64,000 nt of DNA, taken from the NCBI GenBank assembly GCA_041690135.1, contig JAWLHY010000001.1, positions 512,001-576,000 of the forward strand. Reading direction: 5' to 3'. Shown here piece by piece: positions 38,721 through 48,771 of the stretch (positions are counted from its first letter, which is position 1; every line of letters starts with the position of its first letter). Position numbers and translations under genes: made by a program. The stretch is from Armatimonadota bacterium (GTDB taxonomy: Bacteria; Armatimonadota; SYMT01). Below the pieces are notes generated by a model, which saw only the letters and a program-made list of their open reading frames with translations, made no database searches and had not been told where the DNA came from.

Positions 38721-40247
38721 ATGACTCGTCCTAACCCGCCCCGCATCAACCGCCGCGACGTCCTCGCGAGCGGCGTCACCCTGGCCGCCGGCACCGCGGC
38801 CCGCGCCGCCCGCCCCGAGGGGGTGCGCCGCGAGAACGCCCGCGAGGGCACTACGGACTGGCAGCTCACGCGCGTCCGCATCAACCAGGGGAAGTGGCGC
38901 ACCTCGCTGATCGAGGGATACTGCTCGCAGCAGTCGTACCGGGCCGGGGACACGCTGCGGATCTGCGTGAGCACGGACCCCGCGCGCCGGTTCCACCTGG
39001 ACCTCTACCGGATGGGTTACTACGGCGGGAGCGGCGCGCGCCGGGTGCGGCGGTGGGAGGCGCTGGCGGGGAAAACGCAGCCCGTGCCGCCGATGGGCCC
39101 GCTTCCGGGCCGGCTGCGGGAGTGCCGCTGGGAGCCTTCGGTGGAGGTAACCATCCCGGAAGATTGGCCGAGCGGCGTCTACCTGGGGAAGCTCACCACC
39201 GTCCCGGAGAGCCGGAGCGAGCCGTACTGGCAGAGCTACGTGATCTTCGTGGTCCGTGACGACCGGCCGGCGGACGTCCTCTTCCAGGTGAGCGACAACA
39301 CCTGGCAGGCCTATAACCAGTGGCCGGTGGCCGAGTCCCTCTACACCCACCCGGACGGGGCCCATGCCGCCGGCGTGGCGGTCTCCTTCGACCGTCCCTA
39401 TGGCATGTACACCCAGATCTTCCAACCGGCGCTCTCCATCGGCTCGGGGGAGTTCCTGCTCTGGGAGTACCCCCTCTGCTACTGGCTGGAGCAGCACGGC
39501 TACGACGTCACCTACGCCTCCAACAGCGACTGCATGGACCCCGCCTTCCTCACGCGGGCGAAGGTGTTCCTCAGCGTCGGCCACGACGAGTACTGGGACC
39601 CCCGCCAGTACGCGGCCGCGGAAGCGGCGATCGAGGCGGGGGTGAGTTACCTCTGGCTCTGCGGCAATTCCGTGTTCGTCACCTCGCCCTTCTCGACCAG
39701 CCACGACGGCCGCCCGCAGCGGATCATCACCCGGACCGGAACCTTCGGCGCCCTGCGCGAAGAGGAGCTCGCCGCCTACCCCAAGCTCTTCCCCGGCATC
39801 GTCCAGCGCGGCCCGGACGAGCGGCGCATCATCGGCGCGCGCAGCGTCGTTCCGTTCAACGGCGGGGGCGACTGGACGTGCGTGAAGCCGGAGCACTGGA
39901 TCTTCGCGGGCACCCGCATGCGCCGCGGGGAGAGCATTCCGGGCCTGGTCGGCTGGGAGCACCACGGCGACCCGGATCCGGACCGCGCTGGCCTGGAGGT
40001 GGTGGCGGAGGGTTCCGTGTGGGCAGGCGGCACACAGGAAGGGCGCTACGCCGCCACGGTCTTTCCCGGCCCGGCCGGCAACGTGGTCTTCAACGCGGCC
40101 ACCATCTTCTGGAGCCAGGGCCTGGCATCACCGCCAGGACACATCCTCCCGTGGAGCCACTGGAGCCGTCCCCACGGGCCGGACCCGCGGGTGCAGCGGA
40201 TCACCCGGAACGTCCTGCGCCGAGCCCTCCAACCCGCGCGAAAGTAA
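38721..40247 (+). CDS. N,N-dimethylformamidase beta-subunit family (DUF6605-like) protein, Tat signal
   Basis: RRDVL, ENAREGT.DW, YRMGYYGG.GAR, TWQAYN.W, SVGHDEYW. Confidence 0.82.
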   Translation: MTRPNPPRINRRDVLASGVTLAAGTAARAARPEGVRRENAREGTTDWQLTRVRINQGKWRTSLIEGYCSQQSYRAGDTLRICVSTDPARRFHLDLYRMGYYGGSGARRVRRWEALAGKTQPVPPMGPLPGRLRECRWEPSVEVTIPEDWPSGVYLGKLTTVPESRSEPYWQSYVIFVVRDDRPADVLFQVSDNTWQAYNQWPVAESLYTHPDGAHAAGVAVSFDRPYGMYTQIFQPALSIGSGEFLLWEYPLCYWLEQHGYDVTYASNSDCMDPAFLTRAKVFLSVGHDEYWDPRQYAAAEAAIEAGVSYLWLCGNSVFVTSPFSTSHDGRPQRIITRTGTFGALREEELAAYPKLFPGIVQRGPDERRIIGARSVVPFNGGGDWTCVKPEHWIFAGTRMRRGESIPGLVGWEHHGDPDPDRAGLEVVAEGSVWAGGTQEGRYAATVFPGPAGNVVFNAATIFWSQGLASPPGHILPWSHWSRPHGPDPRVQRITRNVLRRALQPARK

Positions 40248-40270
40248 GAGCCTCCAGGTGTAATCGGGAG

Positions 40271-41497
40271 TCAGCGCCTTTGCTCCGCCGCTTCTGTCAA
40301 GAGCCCCCACAGTGTCTCACGGTGCCGGGGGAGACCGAACGCCTCGCAGATGTCCATATGCTGGTCGCACAGCGGATTCATGCGTTCCCAGAGAGGGTTG
40401 CTGCCGATGGCCTGCAGCGCGCGAAGCTGGTTCGCCGTCAGCTTCAACGGGTCCAGGTACTCCGCTCGCAGGCCGAGAGGCTGCGCACGATCGGGAACCC
40501 ACTTCACGCGCTTCGGCTTCCGAAATACGAGGGACAGCAGCGCCACCCACACGTGCGGCCGAGAGCCCGTATCGTTCGATGCGGCGGCCCGGCACATGGC
40601 CGACACCAGAGGCCCGCTCGGTTTCGGCCGAATCGCGGCGAGCAGATCGGCTGCGTGGGCGACGGGCCCGGAGATGTGCCACCCTTCCAGGCCGTCGAGG
40701 GGGCCGTCCCCCATACGGCCCTCCACCGCCTCCAGTAACAGGGCCAGCGCGTCATCCGGTAACCGGTCAGCGAGCACTACCCCCAGCGACAGGGCGGCCG
40801 CCAGCCGGACCGGGACTGGCTGCGCGGGAACCAGAGATTTTTTGAGCACGGGAACATCCGAGAGATCCTGCAGGGAGCGGCCCAGCAGGCCCAGGCAAAG
40901 GATCGCATTCGCGCGTTCACCGGGCGAAGTCACTTCACCGGCGACCGTCCGCACGAGCCGCGCGGAATCAAGGGCCTCGCCGGGAAACCAAGCCAGGGCC
41001 CGCACCGCCGAGCGCCGCACGGTCTCGCCCTCGTCGCGGGCGAGTTGCCGGAAGACTTCTACCCCGCGCGCCACTGCCTCGTAGGCATCCCTTTCCCACA
41101 GCGCGATGAGGCCCGCGTCCGGCTCCTCGTCCGGAGGCGGCGGGGCTGCCCGCGCTGCGTCCAGATCGGCCTTCCGGGCGAGCTTCTCCACGGCCCGGAA
41201 CTCCTTCTGGGGATCGAAGCCGCGCGCGAGGTGCTTCTCCGGATAGCCGACCGCCAGTTGGACGAGTAGCCCGATAATCGCGCTCCGCAACGTGGTGCCT
41301 GGCGACTGGAGCGCCTCGAAAAGCAGCGGCACCGCCGGCGCGCTCGCGGGGTAGCGGTATCCGTCATGGCAGAGAGTCGCCTCCAGGCGGCTGAGTGCTT
41401 CCTGCTGCGCGGGTGCCTCGGGGGCGGTTAGCGCGCGAATGTCCTCCGGAACGTGCTCGGCAGTGCCGTACGCATCCGTCAACCGGCTCCAGTTCAC
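40271..41497 (-). CDS. HEAT repeat protein
   Basis: VNWSRLTDAYG.A..VP, HDGYRYPASAPAVP; HEAT repeats. Confidence 0.75.
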   Translation of the reverse strand: MNWSRLTDAYGTAEHVPEDIRALTAPEAPAQQEALSRLEATLCHDGYRYPASAPAVPLLFEALQSPGTTLRSAIIGLLVQLAVGYPEKHLARGFDPQKEFRAVEKLARKADLDAARAAPPPPDEEPDAGLIALWERDAYEAVARGVEVFRQLARDEGETVRRSAVRALAWFPGEALDSARLVRTVAGEVTSPGERANAILCLGLLGRSLQDLSDVPVLKKSLVPAQPVPVRLAAALSLGVVLADRLPDDALALLLEAVEGRMGDGPLDGLEGWHISGPVAHAADLLAAIRPKPSGPLVSAMCRAAASNDTGSRPHVWVALLSLVFRKPKRVKWVPDRAQPLGLRAEYLDPLKLTANQLRALQAIGSNPLWERMNPLCDQHMDICEAFGLPRHRETLWGLLTEAAEQRR

Positions 41498-41622
41498 CGG
41501 ATCCAATCCCTTCTCCCCTTCAGCGCATCGCCGGGTCCGCTGATGAGAACCCCCCCCGTTTCCGGAAGGTTGTCCCCCAATCCTCTCTGCGGCATTGGGT
41601 GTGCATCCGGGACCTCTCGTTG

Positions 41623-41734
41623 CCGCCGGCATATTCTTTCCTGGACCCACGGCAGCCGTCCCCACGGACCGGACCCGTGGGTGCAGCGGATCACCCGAAT
41701 CGTGCTGCACCGGGCCCTCCAGCCGGCACGAAAC
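41623..41734 (+). repeat. diverged copy of the 3' end of the 38721-40247 gene
   Basis: HILSWTHGSRPHGPDPWVQRITRIVLHRALQPAR vs HILPWSHWSRPHGPDPRVQRITRNVLRRALQPAR. Confidence 0.88.
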
Positions 41735-41959
41735 CGCTGAACAAGACCACGGAACGGGAACGGGTTCTGCCCGCAAACTTGCCCGTATGGGAACACACGG
41801 AAAGCGCGGAAGAAGGGGACCCTTCCCTCTCGGGGGAAAGTTCCTCTTACCGGAGGCGGAAGCCCGTCTCCTCCGCATATTTGCGACGAAGCCGGATCGC
41901 GATCCAGCTATGTCCGTGAGGATTGGTGATCGTATCCGGGCAGTTTAAGGAGGCAAGAG

Positions 41960-43438
41960 ATGACTCGGAAGCGGGTAATCGTCGCGGGCGGGCTGCTGGT
42001 CGGCTTGCTGGGTGCGCACACCATGGGGTTGGCCGGAGCACAGGGCGCGGGCGGCGACCCGTCCGGGGGGCTCCGGGCCGGAGCGGCGGCGGTGGACATC
42101 ACCCCCAGGCTCTTCCCGGTGAACATGCCGGGCGGCTTCAACCGGAACCTGGCGCACGCCGCGCACGATCCGTTCCACGCCCGCGCCCTGGTGCTGGCGG
42201 AGGGGAAGACGACGGTCGCAATGGTGGTTGTGGACAACCTCGGGATCCCGCAGGAGGTGCTCGACGAGGCGAAGGCGGCCGCGTCGCAGCAGTGCGGGAT
42301 CCCCACCGAGCGGATGCTCATCTCCGCCACGCACACCCACTCCGGACCGCCCGCCAACGTGAAGTCCGGACCGGAGCCGGAGGTGGCTTACCGGAAGCAG
42401 CTCATCTCCGGGATCTCGGAAGCGATTACGCGCGCGCACGCGGCCCTGCGTCCGGCCGCCGTGGGGGCCGCCGCGCAGCCGCTGGGGGAGGAGGTCTTCA
42501 ACCGCCGGTGGTTCCTGAAGCCCGGCAAGATGCCGCTGAACCCCTTCGGCAAGCTCGACCGCGTGAAAATGAACCCCGGCACCGATCCAGACGTGCTCGA
42601 CCATCCCGCCGGCCCCACCGATCCGGACATCACTGTCCTCTCCGTGCAGGAGGCGAAAACGCGCCGGCCACTCGCGCTGTTCGCGAACTACTCCCTCCAC
42701 TACGTGGGCGGGTCGCCCGCGGGGAAGGTCTCCGCGGACTACTTCGGCGAGTTCGCGCGCCTCATGCCGTCGCGCCTCCGGGCCGGCGACGGGTTCGTCG
42801 CGATGATGTCCAACGGCACGTCGGGTGATATCAACAACATCCCGTTCCTCGTCACCCGTCCGCCGCGGGAGCCGTTCGAGCAGATCCGCATCGTGGCGCA
42901 GAAGGCCGCCGATACCGCATGGTTCGCACACCGCAAGATCGCGGCGCACCGGGCGGACGCCCCCCTCGGCATGGTGCAGCGCCAGGTGACGTTCAAAGCG
43001 CGCCGCCCCACCGCGGAGCAGCTCGCCGCCGCCCGCGCCGTGCTCGCCATTAAGGACGAAGAAGAGCTCAAGAAGCTGCCGCGCCTCGCGGACGCCTACG
43101 CGCGCCGCACCCTCGCGCTGGCGGAGGGGCCAGAGACGATCACCGCCCCGCTCCAGGCCCTGCGCATCGGCGACCTGGCCGTCTGCGCGATCCCGTTCGA
43201 GACCTTTGCGGAGATCGGCCTGGAGCTAAAGCGGCGGAGCCCCTTCCCCCGGACCATGGTGATCGGGATTGCGAACGGCTACAACGGCTACCTGCCCACG
43301 CCCGAGCAGCACCAGCTGGGCGGCTACGAGACCTGGCTGGGCACCAACCGGGTGCAGGAAGACGCCTCTGTGCTGATCACCAAGAACCTCACGGAGATGC
43401 TCGCCGAGCTCAACGGGTTGGACAACGGCGGACGGTAG
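41960..43438 (+). CDS. neutral/alkaline ceramidase-like secreted protein
   Basis: AGAAAVDITP, HDPFHARALVL, SATHTHSGP, NYSLH, NGYLPT, GGYE. Confidence 0.8.
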   Translation: MTRKRVIVAGGLLVGLLGAHTMGLAGAQGAGGDPSGGLRAGAAAVDITPRLFPVNMPGGFNRNLAHAAHDPFHARALVLAEGKTTVAMVVVDNLGIPQEVLDEAKAAASQQCGIPTERMLISATHTHSGPPANVKSGPEPEVAYRKQLISGISEAITRAHAALRPAAVGAAAQPLGEEVFNRRWFLKPGKMPLNPFGKLDRVKMNPGTDPDVLDHPAGPTDPDITVLSVQEAKTRRPLALFANYSLHYVGGSPAGKVSADYFGEFARLMPSRLRAGDGFVAMMSNGTSGDINNIPFLVTRPPREPFEQIRIVAQKAADTAWFAHRKIAAHRADAPLGMVQRQVTFKARRPTAEQLAAARAVLAIKDEEELKKLPRLADAYARRTLALAEGPETITAPLQALRIGDLAVCAIPFETFAEIGLELKRRSPFPRTMVIGIANGYNGYLPTPEQHQLGGYETWLGTNRVQEDASVLITKNLTEMLAELNGLDNGGR

Positions 43439-43476
43439 GACGCCGCTGCGCTTGCACCTCGCTATCCTTGCAAACG

Positions 43477-43516
43477 AAGGCACCCTTCCGGATGGGGAGG
43501 GTGCCTTTACTTCTTT
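43477..43516 (+). terminator. intrinsic terminator
   Basis: aaggcaccctt...gagggtgcctt stem + tacttcttt. Confidence 0.65.
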
Positions 43517-43661
43517 GCGGTCATTTGCACACTCTGCCGGGTGCCCGTGTAGGCGGTGCGGTGTGCCAGCTGCTCGGCGGCGCGGAGTCCAGACAGCGCC
43601 GCAGGGCGGTCGGTGACGCGTGCCCTTGAGAGGTCCTCACGCTCCTATCCAACCGGCCCTG

Positions 43662-43892
43662 CTAATCCTCGGCCAGCAGAGAGCGGATCCAGCAGCATAG
43701 GGCCAGGATCGCGAGCGAGATCACAAGGCCCCACACGAAAAGGTGGGGCGTGTTCATCAACAGCCAGAGCACACCGACCACGTCGAACGAAAGCCGGGGG
43801 CGCCACCGCAGGAACGGGAGCGCGCACGCGCCGAGGGCGCTGGAGACCGTGAACACCCAGGCCGCCGTCCTCCACATCCGTCGGGCCGTCAT
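43662..43892 (-). CDS. small membrane protein
   Basis: GAGGA RBS, hydrophobic segments. Confidence 0.45.
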   Translation of the reverse strand: MTARRMWRTAAWVFTVSSALGACALPFLRWRPRLSFDVVGVLWLLMNTPHLFVWGLVISLAILALCCWIRSLLAED

Positions 43893-44203
43893 GGCTTCCT
43901 CTCTTCCCGGAACGCGAGTATTCCCTCCACTGATGCATCGGAATTCGGTCGTCCATTCTGGAGGGGCGTTCCGCCTTCCCTCGGAGGGGAGGTGGGACTC
44001 CCTGGGCAACGCGGAGAACCAACCCGCGCGCTCCCTGGAGTGGCGGAGTTGTCGAACGTGGGGGACCTCGCCCCGCCCGTTCTGGAAGTTTCAGCTCGGG
44101 TGGGGAGGGTAACTTTGCGACACAGATTCCGCGCGGTGACCTTCACCTGGGCGTCCGGCTGTGAGCCCGGCCGCAACTTGGGTCACCCGGATGGAGGTCC
44201 GCT

Positions 44204-45871
44204 ATGCGACTCGTATTTGCGCTTATCCTGGCATGGGTGGGGGTGATGGGACCAGCGCATGCCCATCCTGGAGCAGCCCACCCATCCGCCGGGTCGGTCT
44301 CAGCCGAGCTGGGCCAGGTGCGGTTCCCGGTTTCGTGCAGCCCGGCGGCCCAGCAGCAGTTCAACCGCGCCGTGGCCATGCTGCACTCCTTCTGGTACGA
44401 CCAGGCGGAACGCACCTTCGCGGCCGCGGCCCGGCTCGACCCGCGCTGCGCGATGCCGTACTGGGGCATCGCCATGACGCACTATCATCCGCTCTGGGAG
44501 CAGCCGGACCGGGAAAGCCTGCGGAAAGGCTCCGAGGCCATCCGGAAGGCGGAGTCGCTCGGGGCGAAAACCCCGCGCGAGCGGGCGTACATCGAAGCGC
44601 TCGCCGCGTTCTACCGGGACTGGGAGAAGACCGATCATCGCACCCGCGCCCTCGCCTACGAAAGCGCCATGGAGCAGCTCCACCGCCGGCACCCTCAGGA
44701 CCGGGAAGGCGAGATCTTCTACGCCCTGGCCCTTCTGGGCAGCGCATCCCCGGCGGACAAGAGCTACGCCCGGCAGAAGAAAGCCGGCGCGATGCTGGAG
44801 AAGCGCTTCGCGGAGCTCCCGAACCATCCTGGCATCGCCCACTACCTGATTCATGCCTACGACTATCCCGCGCTGGCGGAGCGGGCCTTGCCGGCGGCGC
44901 GGCGCTACGCGGAGATCGCCCCCGCGGTTCCGCACGCGCGCCACATGCCCTCCCACATCTTCACCCGGCTGGGGTTGTGGGAGGAGGCGATCTCCGCCGA
45001 TCTCGCCTCGGCCGCCGCGGCTCGGGAGCACGCGCGTAAATATCATCCGGAGGCCGCCAACTTCGAAGAGCTTCACGCAATGGATTACCTGGTCTACGCG
45101 CACCTGCAGCTCGGGCAGGACCGGCAGGCGGGCCGCATCTTGGAGGAACTGCGACGCATGCGCAAAGTGGAACCCGCCGGGAGCTTCGTGGCGGCCTATG
45201 CCTTCGCGGCAATCCCTGTGCGGTATGCGCTGGAGCGGCGCCAGTGGTCCGAGGCGGCCTCCCTCCCGCTGCACCCGGAGAGTTTCGAGTGGAGCCGCTA
45301 TCCCTGGGCGGAGGCGATCCTGCACTACGGCCGCGCGCTCGGCGCCGCGCGGAGTGGGGATCCCAGCGCCGCCCGGCACGCACTCGGGAGGCTCGAGGAG
45401 CTTCACCGGCAGACCGCCGACACCGGGCCAGACTACTGGGCCGATCAGGTGGAGATCCAGCGCCTTTCCGCCGCCGCCTGGCTGGACTTCGCGGAAGGGC
45501 GGAAGGAGCAGGCCCTGGAGCGGATGCGCGCTGCGGCCCGGCTGGACGACGCCACGGAGAAGCACCCGGTCACTCCGGGATCGGTGATCCCTACGCGCGA
45601 GCTCCTGGGCGAGATGCTGCTTTTGCTCGGCAACCCGGCGGAGGCGGTAGCAGAGTTCGAGGCGTCGCTGCGGGGCACGCCGAACCGGTTCAATGGGCTT
45701 TACGGAGCCGCCCGGGCCGCGGACCTGGCCGGCGAGGGAGGCAAGGCCGAGCGCTACTACGCGCAACTCCGGAACCTCCGGGGGATCGCCCCGCCGGTGG
45801 ACATGCCGCGCAGTCCGACCCCGGCGAAAGCGGCCAGCGCTGCGCGCCGATCCCCGAAAGCCGGGAGATAG
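44204..45871 (+). CDS. secreted TPR protein
   Basis: Signal peptide, FPVSC..FNRAVAMLHSFWY, HPGIAHYLIH, HARHMPSHIF. Confidence 0.85.
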   Translation: MRLVFALILAWVGVMGPAHAHPGAAHPSAGSVSAELGQVRFPVSCSPAAQQQFNRAVAMLHSFWYDQAERTFAAAARLDPRCAMPYWGIAMTHYHPLWEQPDRESLRKGSEAIRKAESLGAKTPRERAYIEALAAFYRDWEKTDHRTRALAYESAMEQLHRRHPQDREGEIFYALALLGSASPADKSYARQKKAGAMLEKRFAELPNHPGIAHYLIHAYDYPALAERALPAARRYAEIAPAVPHARHMPSHIFTRLGLWEEAISADLASAAAAREHARKYHPEAANFEELHAMDYLVYAHLQLGQDRQAGRILEELRRMRKVEPAGSFVAAYAFAAIPVRYALERRQWSEAASLPLHPESFEWSRYPWAEAILHYGRALGAARSGDPSAARHALGRLEELHRQTADTGPDYWADQVEIQRLSAAAWLDFAEGRKEQALERMRAAARLDDATEKHPVTPGSVIPTRELLGEMLLLLGNPAEAVAEFEASLRGTPNRFNGLYGAARAADLAGEGGKAERYYAQLRNLRGIAPPVDMPRSPTPAKAASAARRSPKAGR

Positions 45872-46160
45872 GATCCAGCGGGAGCGGGTGCGCCCAGTCG
45901 GGTGCGGCTGGCCGAGTGCGACGAGGGGCGCGACGAGGCTGGAGCCTGCGTAGATCAACCGCGCGAAGCGCCGGATGACCCCGTGGTGGGTCGTGGGGCG
46001 TGCCCGAAGTCCCCGGGATATGGGGGGCGCCAGCCCTTGCCTGTAGGCTCTTCCAACGCCGGTCGGCCCCTGCTTGAGCACCGGACAAGCATCCTGGCGG
46101 TAGGCCGCCCGCGCTTCGCGCAGGGAACCTAGCAAAACCTCCGTGACGCCCTTCGCAGCC

Positions 46161-47792
46161 TCACCGCGGGAAACCGCGCCCGCGGCGACCGATCTCGTAG
46201 ACCGTGCCGTGATTCAGCGACACGACGAACAGGTTGCCGTTGGGTCCCGTCTCGATATCCGTCAGGATCCCGAACCCCGTGCCGATGAGAAACCGCTCGC
46301 TCTCGTGCGGGTCTTGCTTCTCGCGGTTATCCGCAACCCGGTCTCGCAGGCGCCGGCCAGGCAATTGCAGCCGGCTCCGATTGCGGGTCAGGTCGAAGTG
46401 GAAGAGGGGCCCGCCCAAAGGCTCGGCCCTGGCGAGCCCCATAAACAGGTCCCCGGCAAACTGCCGCCCCAGGGCCCGGCTGTTCAGGAACCCGATGGCC
46501 GCCGGAGCCAGGGCAAACTTCCAGCTGAATTCCGGTTCGCTGTAATCGGATCCCGGCAGGACGAACAGACGAGAGAGGGCCTCCTGCGACGTGTCCGCGA
46601 TCCGGTTCGGCGGCCAGCGCCGCTGCTGCAGCCCGAAAAACTCCTCGCTGGTCTCGATGGTCTTGTACTGGCTTAGCCGCTCAGGCGGACCCATGATCTG
46701 GATCCAGCCGGAGTTGAAGCCGGGCGCCACCCGGTTCAGTTCGTCGAAGCTGTCGCCGCCGTTCTCCGCCATCCACAGATCGCCGGAGACCGGATCGACG
46801 GCCATTCCGAAGCTGTTGCGAAGGCCGTAGGCGAAAATCTTCTGGATATTGGCGCCCACTTCTCCGCCGATAGCGGCACCGACGGCGAAGAACGGGTTGT
46901 CTCTCGGGGTGGTGCCGTCGGGGTTCAGGCGCAGGATCACGCTGGTGAGGTGGGCGTCGTCCGGGAACGGCCCGCCGAACTGGTCGTCCGGGACGGTGGG
47001 CCCGAGCCCCGTTTCCGTCGGCCCGGAGGGCAGGTTCTGAAGCTGTCCACGCCGGCCCACGTCCCCGATGATGAGGTAGAGCTTGCCGTCCGCGCCGAAC
47101 GTAATCACGCCGCCATTATGGTCGCCGACCGGGTCCTGCCCGGCATCCCCCTGGTTCGGCGGCACCGGGCCGCCGTCGTTCTGGAAGGCACGCAGCTTGA
47201 TCAGGTTGCGGTCGAAGGTCAGATTCGTGCCATTCCACACGAAGCGGTCCACGCGGTTCCCTAGCAGGGGGACGGCCAGGACGTTGCTCGTATCGCCGCC
47301 AAGCTCCGGCGGGTCCGGACCCTCCACTACGGACGGGAAGAACGGGTCGGAAGGAACGGGCGCCCGGCAGGTCCAGTACAGGTACACGAACCCGTTGGCA
47401 GCGAACTGGGGATCGAGCGCAATCCCGAGCAATCCCCGCTCAAAGGCATGGTTCACCGCGAGGTCGAGTGGCGTGGAGCGGATCACTCCGTCCACCACGT
47501 GCTGCACTCGGCCCGTATTCTTCTCCAGCACGAACATCTCGTTCTGCGCGGGAAACGCGATGCTGGTCGGCGCCACCACCCCGCTGACAGCGGTCCGCAC
47601 CGCGAGCCCTCGCCGCATCCGCGGCCCCTCGACCCCGGCCTGGACGGAGCCCGTCCGCTGCCCCTGGAGAGCGGCGAAAAGACCGAGGATAAGCGTGCCG
47701 GCGACCAGGCGGCACTGCCTGCCGTCGCCCGTGCGGACCGTCGGGCGGCGGCCCGTTCCCTGCATCGGGGGGGTGGGGGGGACGTGTTGCAC
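46161..47792 (-). CDS. PQQ-dependent sugar (glucose/sorbosone) dehydrogenase family
   Basis: ERGLLGIALDP, HNGG..FGADGKLY, YGLRNSFG, DELN. Confidence 0.85.
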   Translation of the reverse strand: MQHVPPTPPMQGTGRRPTVRTGDGRQCRLVAGTLILGLFAALQGQRTGSVQAGVEGPRMRRGLAVRTAVSGVVAPTSIAFPAQNEMFVLEKNTGRVQHVVDGVIRSTPLDLAVNHAFERGLLGIALDPQFAANGFVYLYWTCRAPVPSDPFFPSVVEGPDPPELGGDTSNVLAVPLLGNRVDRFVWNGTNLTFDRNLIKLRAFQNDGGPVPPNQGDAGQDPVGDHNGGVITFGADGKLYLIIGDVGRRGQLQNLPSGPTETGLGPTVPDDQFGGPFPDDAHLTSVILRLNPDGTTPRDNPFFAVGAAIGGEVGANIQKIFAYGLRNSFGMAVDPVSGDLWMAENGGDSFDELNRVAPGFNSGWIQIMGPPERLSQYKTIETSEEFFGLQQRRWPPNRIADTSQEALSRLFVLPGSDYSEPEFSWKFALAPAAIGFLNSRALGRQFAGDLFMGLARAEPLGGPLFHFDLTRNRSRLQLPGRRLRDRVADNREKQDPHESERFLIGTGFGILTDIETGPNGNLFVVSLNHGTVYEIGRRGRGFPR

Positions 47793-48359
47793 GGCGGTAA
47801 TCTCCTACGGTCCGACCAGGCTTTGGTGGGCCGCTCGTGGAGACCGGGAACGCGGAGGTGAGAACGAAGCCGGATCTCCCCTGGGCAAGCTCTCTTGCGC
47901 CGCGATGAACCCGGATGGAAGAGCTACTCCCCCTTTCCCTGGGCTGCGGCAAATCACACCCTACCTGCGGCCGATACGTGGCCGGATTGCGCCGGGATGA
48001 GGCCAGAGGTGCTGCGGCGATCCGGGGTACCTGTACATACCGGCGACGCCACACGTGGCTCCGCTTTCGAGTGAGCGCCCGCAGCGATTTTGCAGGCCGT
48101 GTCCCGCGCGGTCTCGAGAAACGGATCTCCGAACCAGGGATTGGTCGTGGGGAAAGGGCACACCAGGATACCTCCTTGGTGGGGCTGGGTGCGGGCTGCC
48201 TCTGAACCGCCGCCTGATAGGTCAGCACGAGAGGTTGCGGCGCTGTGGACGCAGGATGCCGATTGCGGTGATCGCCCAAAGAGCACCCGTCTCGACGTAC
48301 TTGCTCGCCCGTGCTGGATGGGCTCGAAGCTGCTCTTCGCCAAAGTCCTGTTGGACAAG

Positions 48360-48432
48360 AGCGCAGGATGGGAGTCGAACCCACTGATAACGGTGTTGCA
48401 GACCGTCCCCTTGACCGTCTGGGTCCCTGCGC
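48360..48432 (-). tRNA. tRNA-Cys(GCA)
   Basis: GCGCAGG acceptor stem, anticodon loop CTGCAAC, GGTTCGACTCC, U discriminator. Confidence 0.92.
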
Positions 48433-48591
48433 GCATCTCGGCGCGAGGGTCCCGCGCCGGACTAGTGGATGGGGCTACAACAACAGATCATGGGTTCAAC
48501 AGGGTGAGGGTCGAGCGGCGGACAGCCGCCGGGGATAACAGGTTCCCATTTGCGTCCATTCGCCGAATTCGCGGATGGACAGGTCGGGAAA

Positions 48592-48678
48592 CGGAGAGGG
48601 CGGGATTCGAACCCGCGGTAGAGTTGCCCCTACACCTGTTTTCGAGACAGGCTCCTTCAACCACTCGGACACCTCTCC
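48592..48678 (-). tRNA. tRNA-Ser(CGA)
   Basis: GGAGAGG acceptor, anticodon loop CTCGAAA, long variable arm, GGTTCGAATCC. Confidence 0.95.
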
Positions 48679-48731
48679 CCGTATCTATTAGCCTCCCTCA
48701 CAGGTTTTGTGCCTGGCTAGGGAGCCTGTCT

Positions 48732-48760
48732 ATCCTACAGCTTCTCTTCGATGGGGTCAA
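48732..48760 (-). promoter_or_regulatory. sigma70 promoter for tRNA-Ser
   Basis: Minus strand TTGACC-N17-TAGGAT. Confidence 0.65.
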
Positions 48761-48771
48761 GGAGAGAAGTC

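Noticed and set aside
47800-48350. Possible ncRNA (RNase P, tmRNA, SRP, riboswitch) downstream of tRNA-Cys
   Set aside because: No diagnostic motif recognised by eye; needs an Rfam scan
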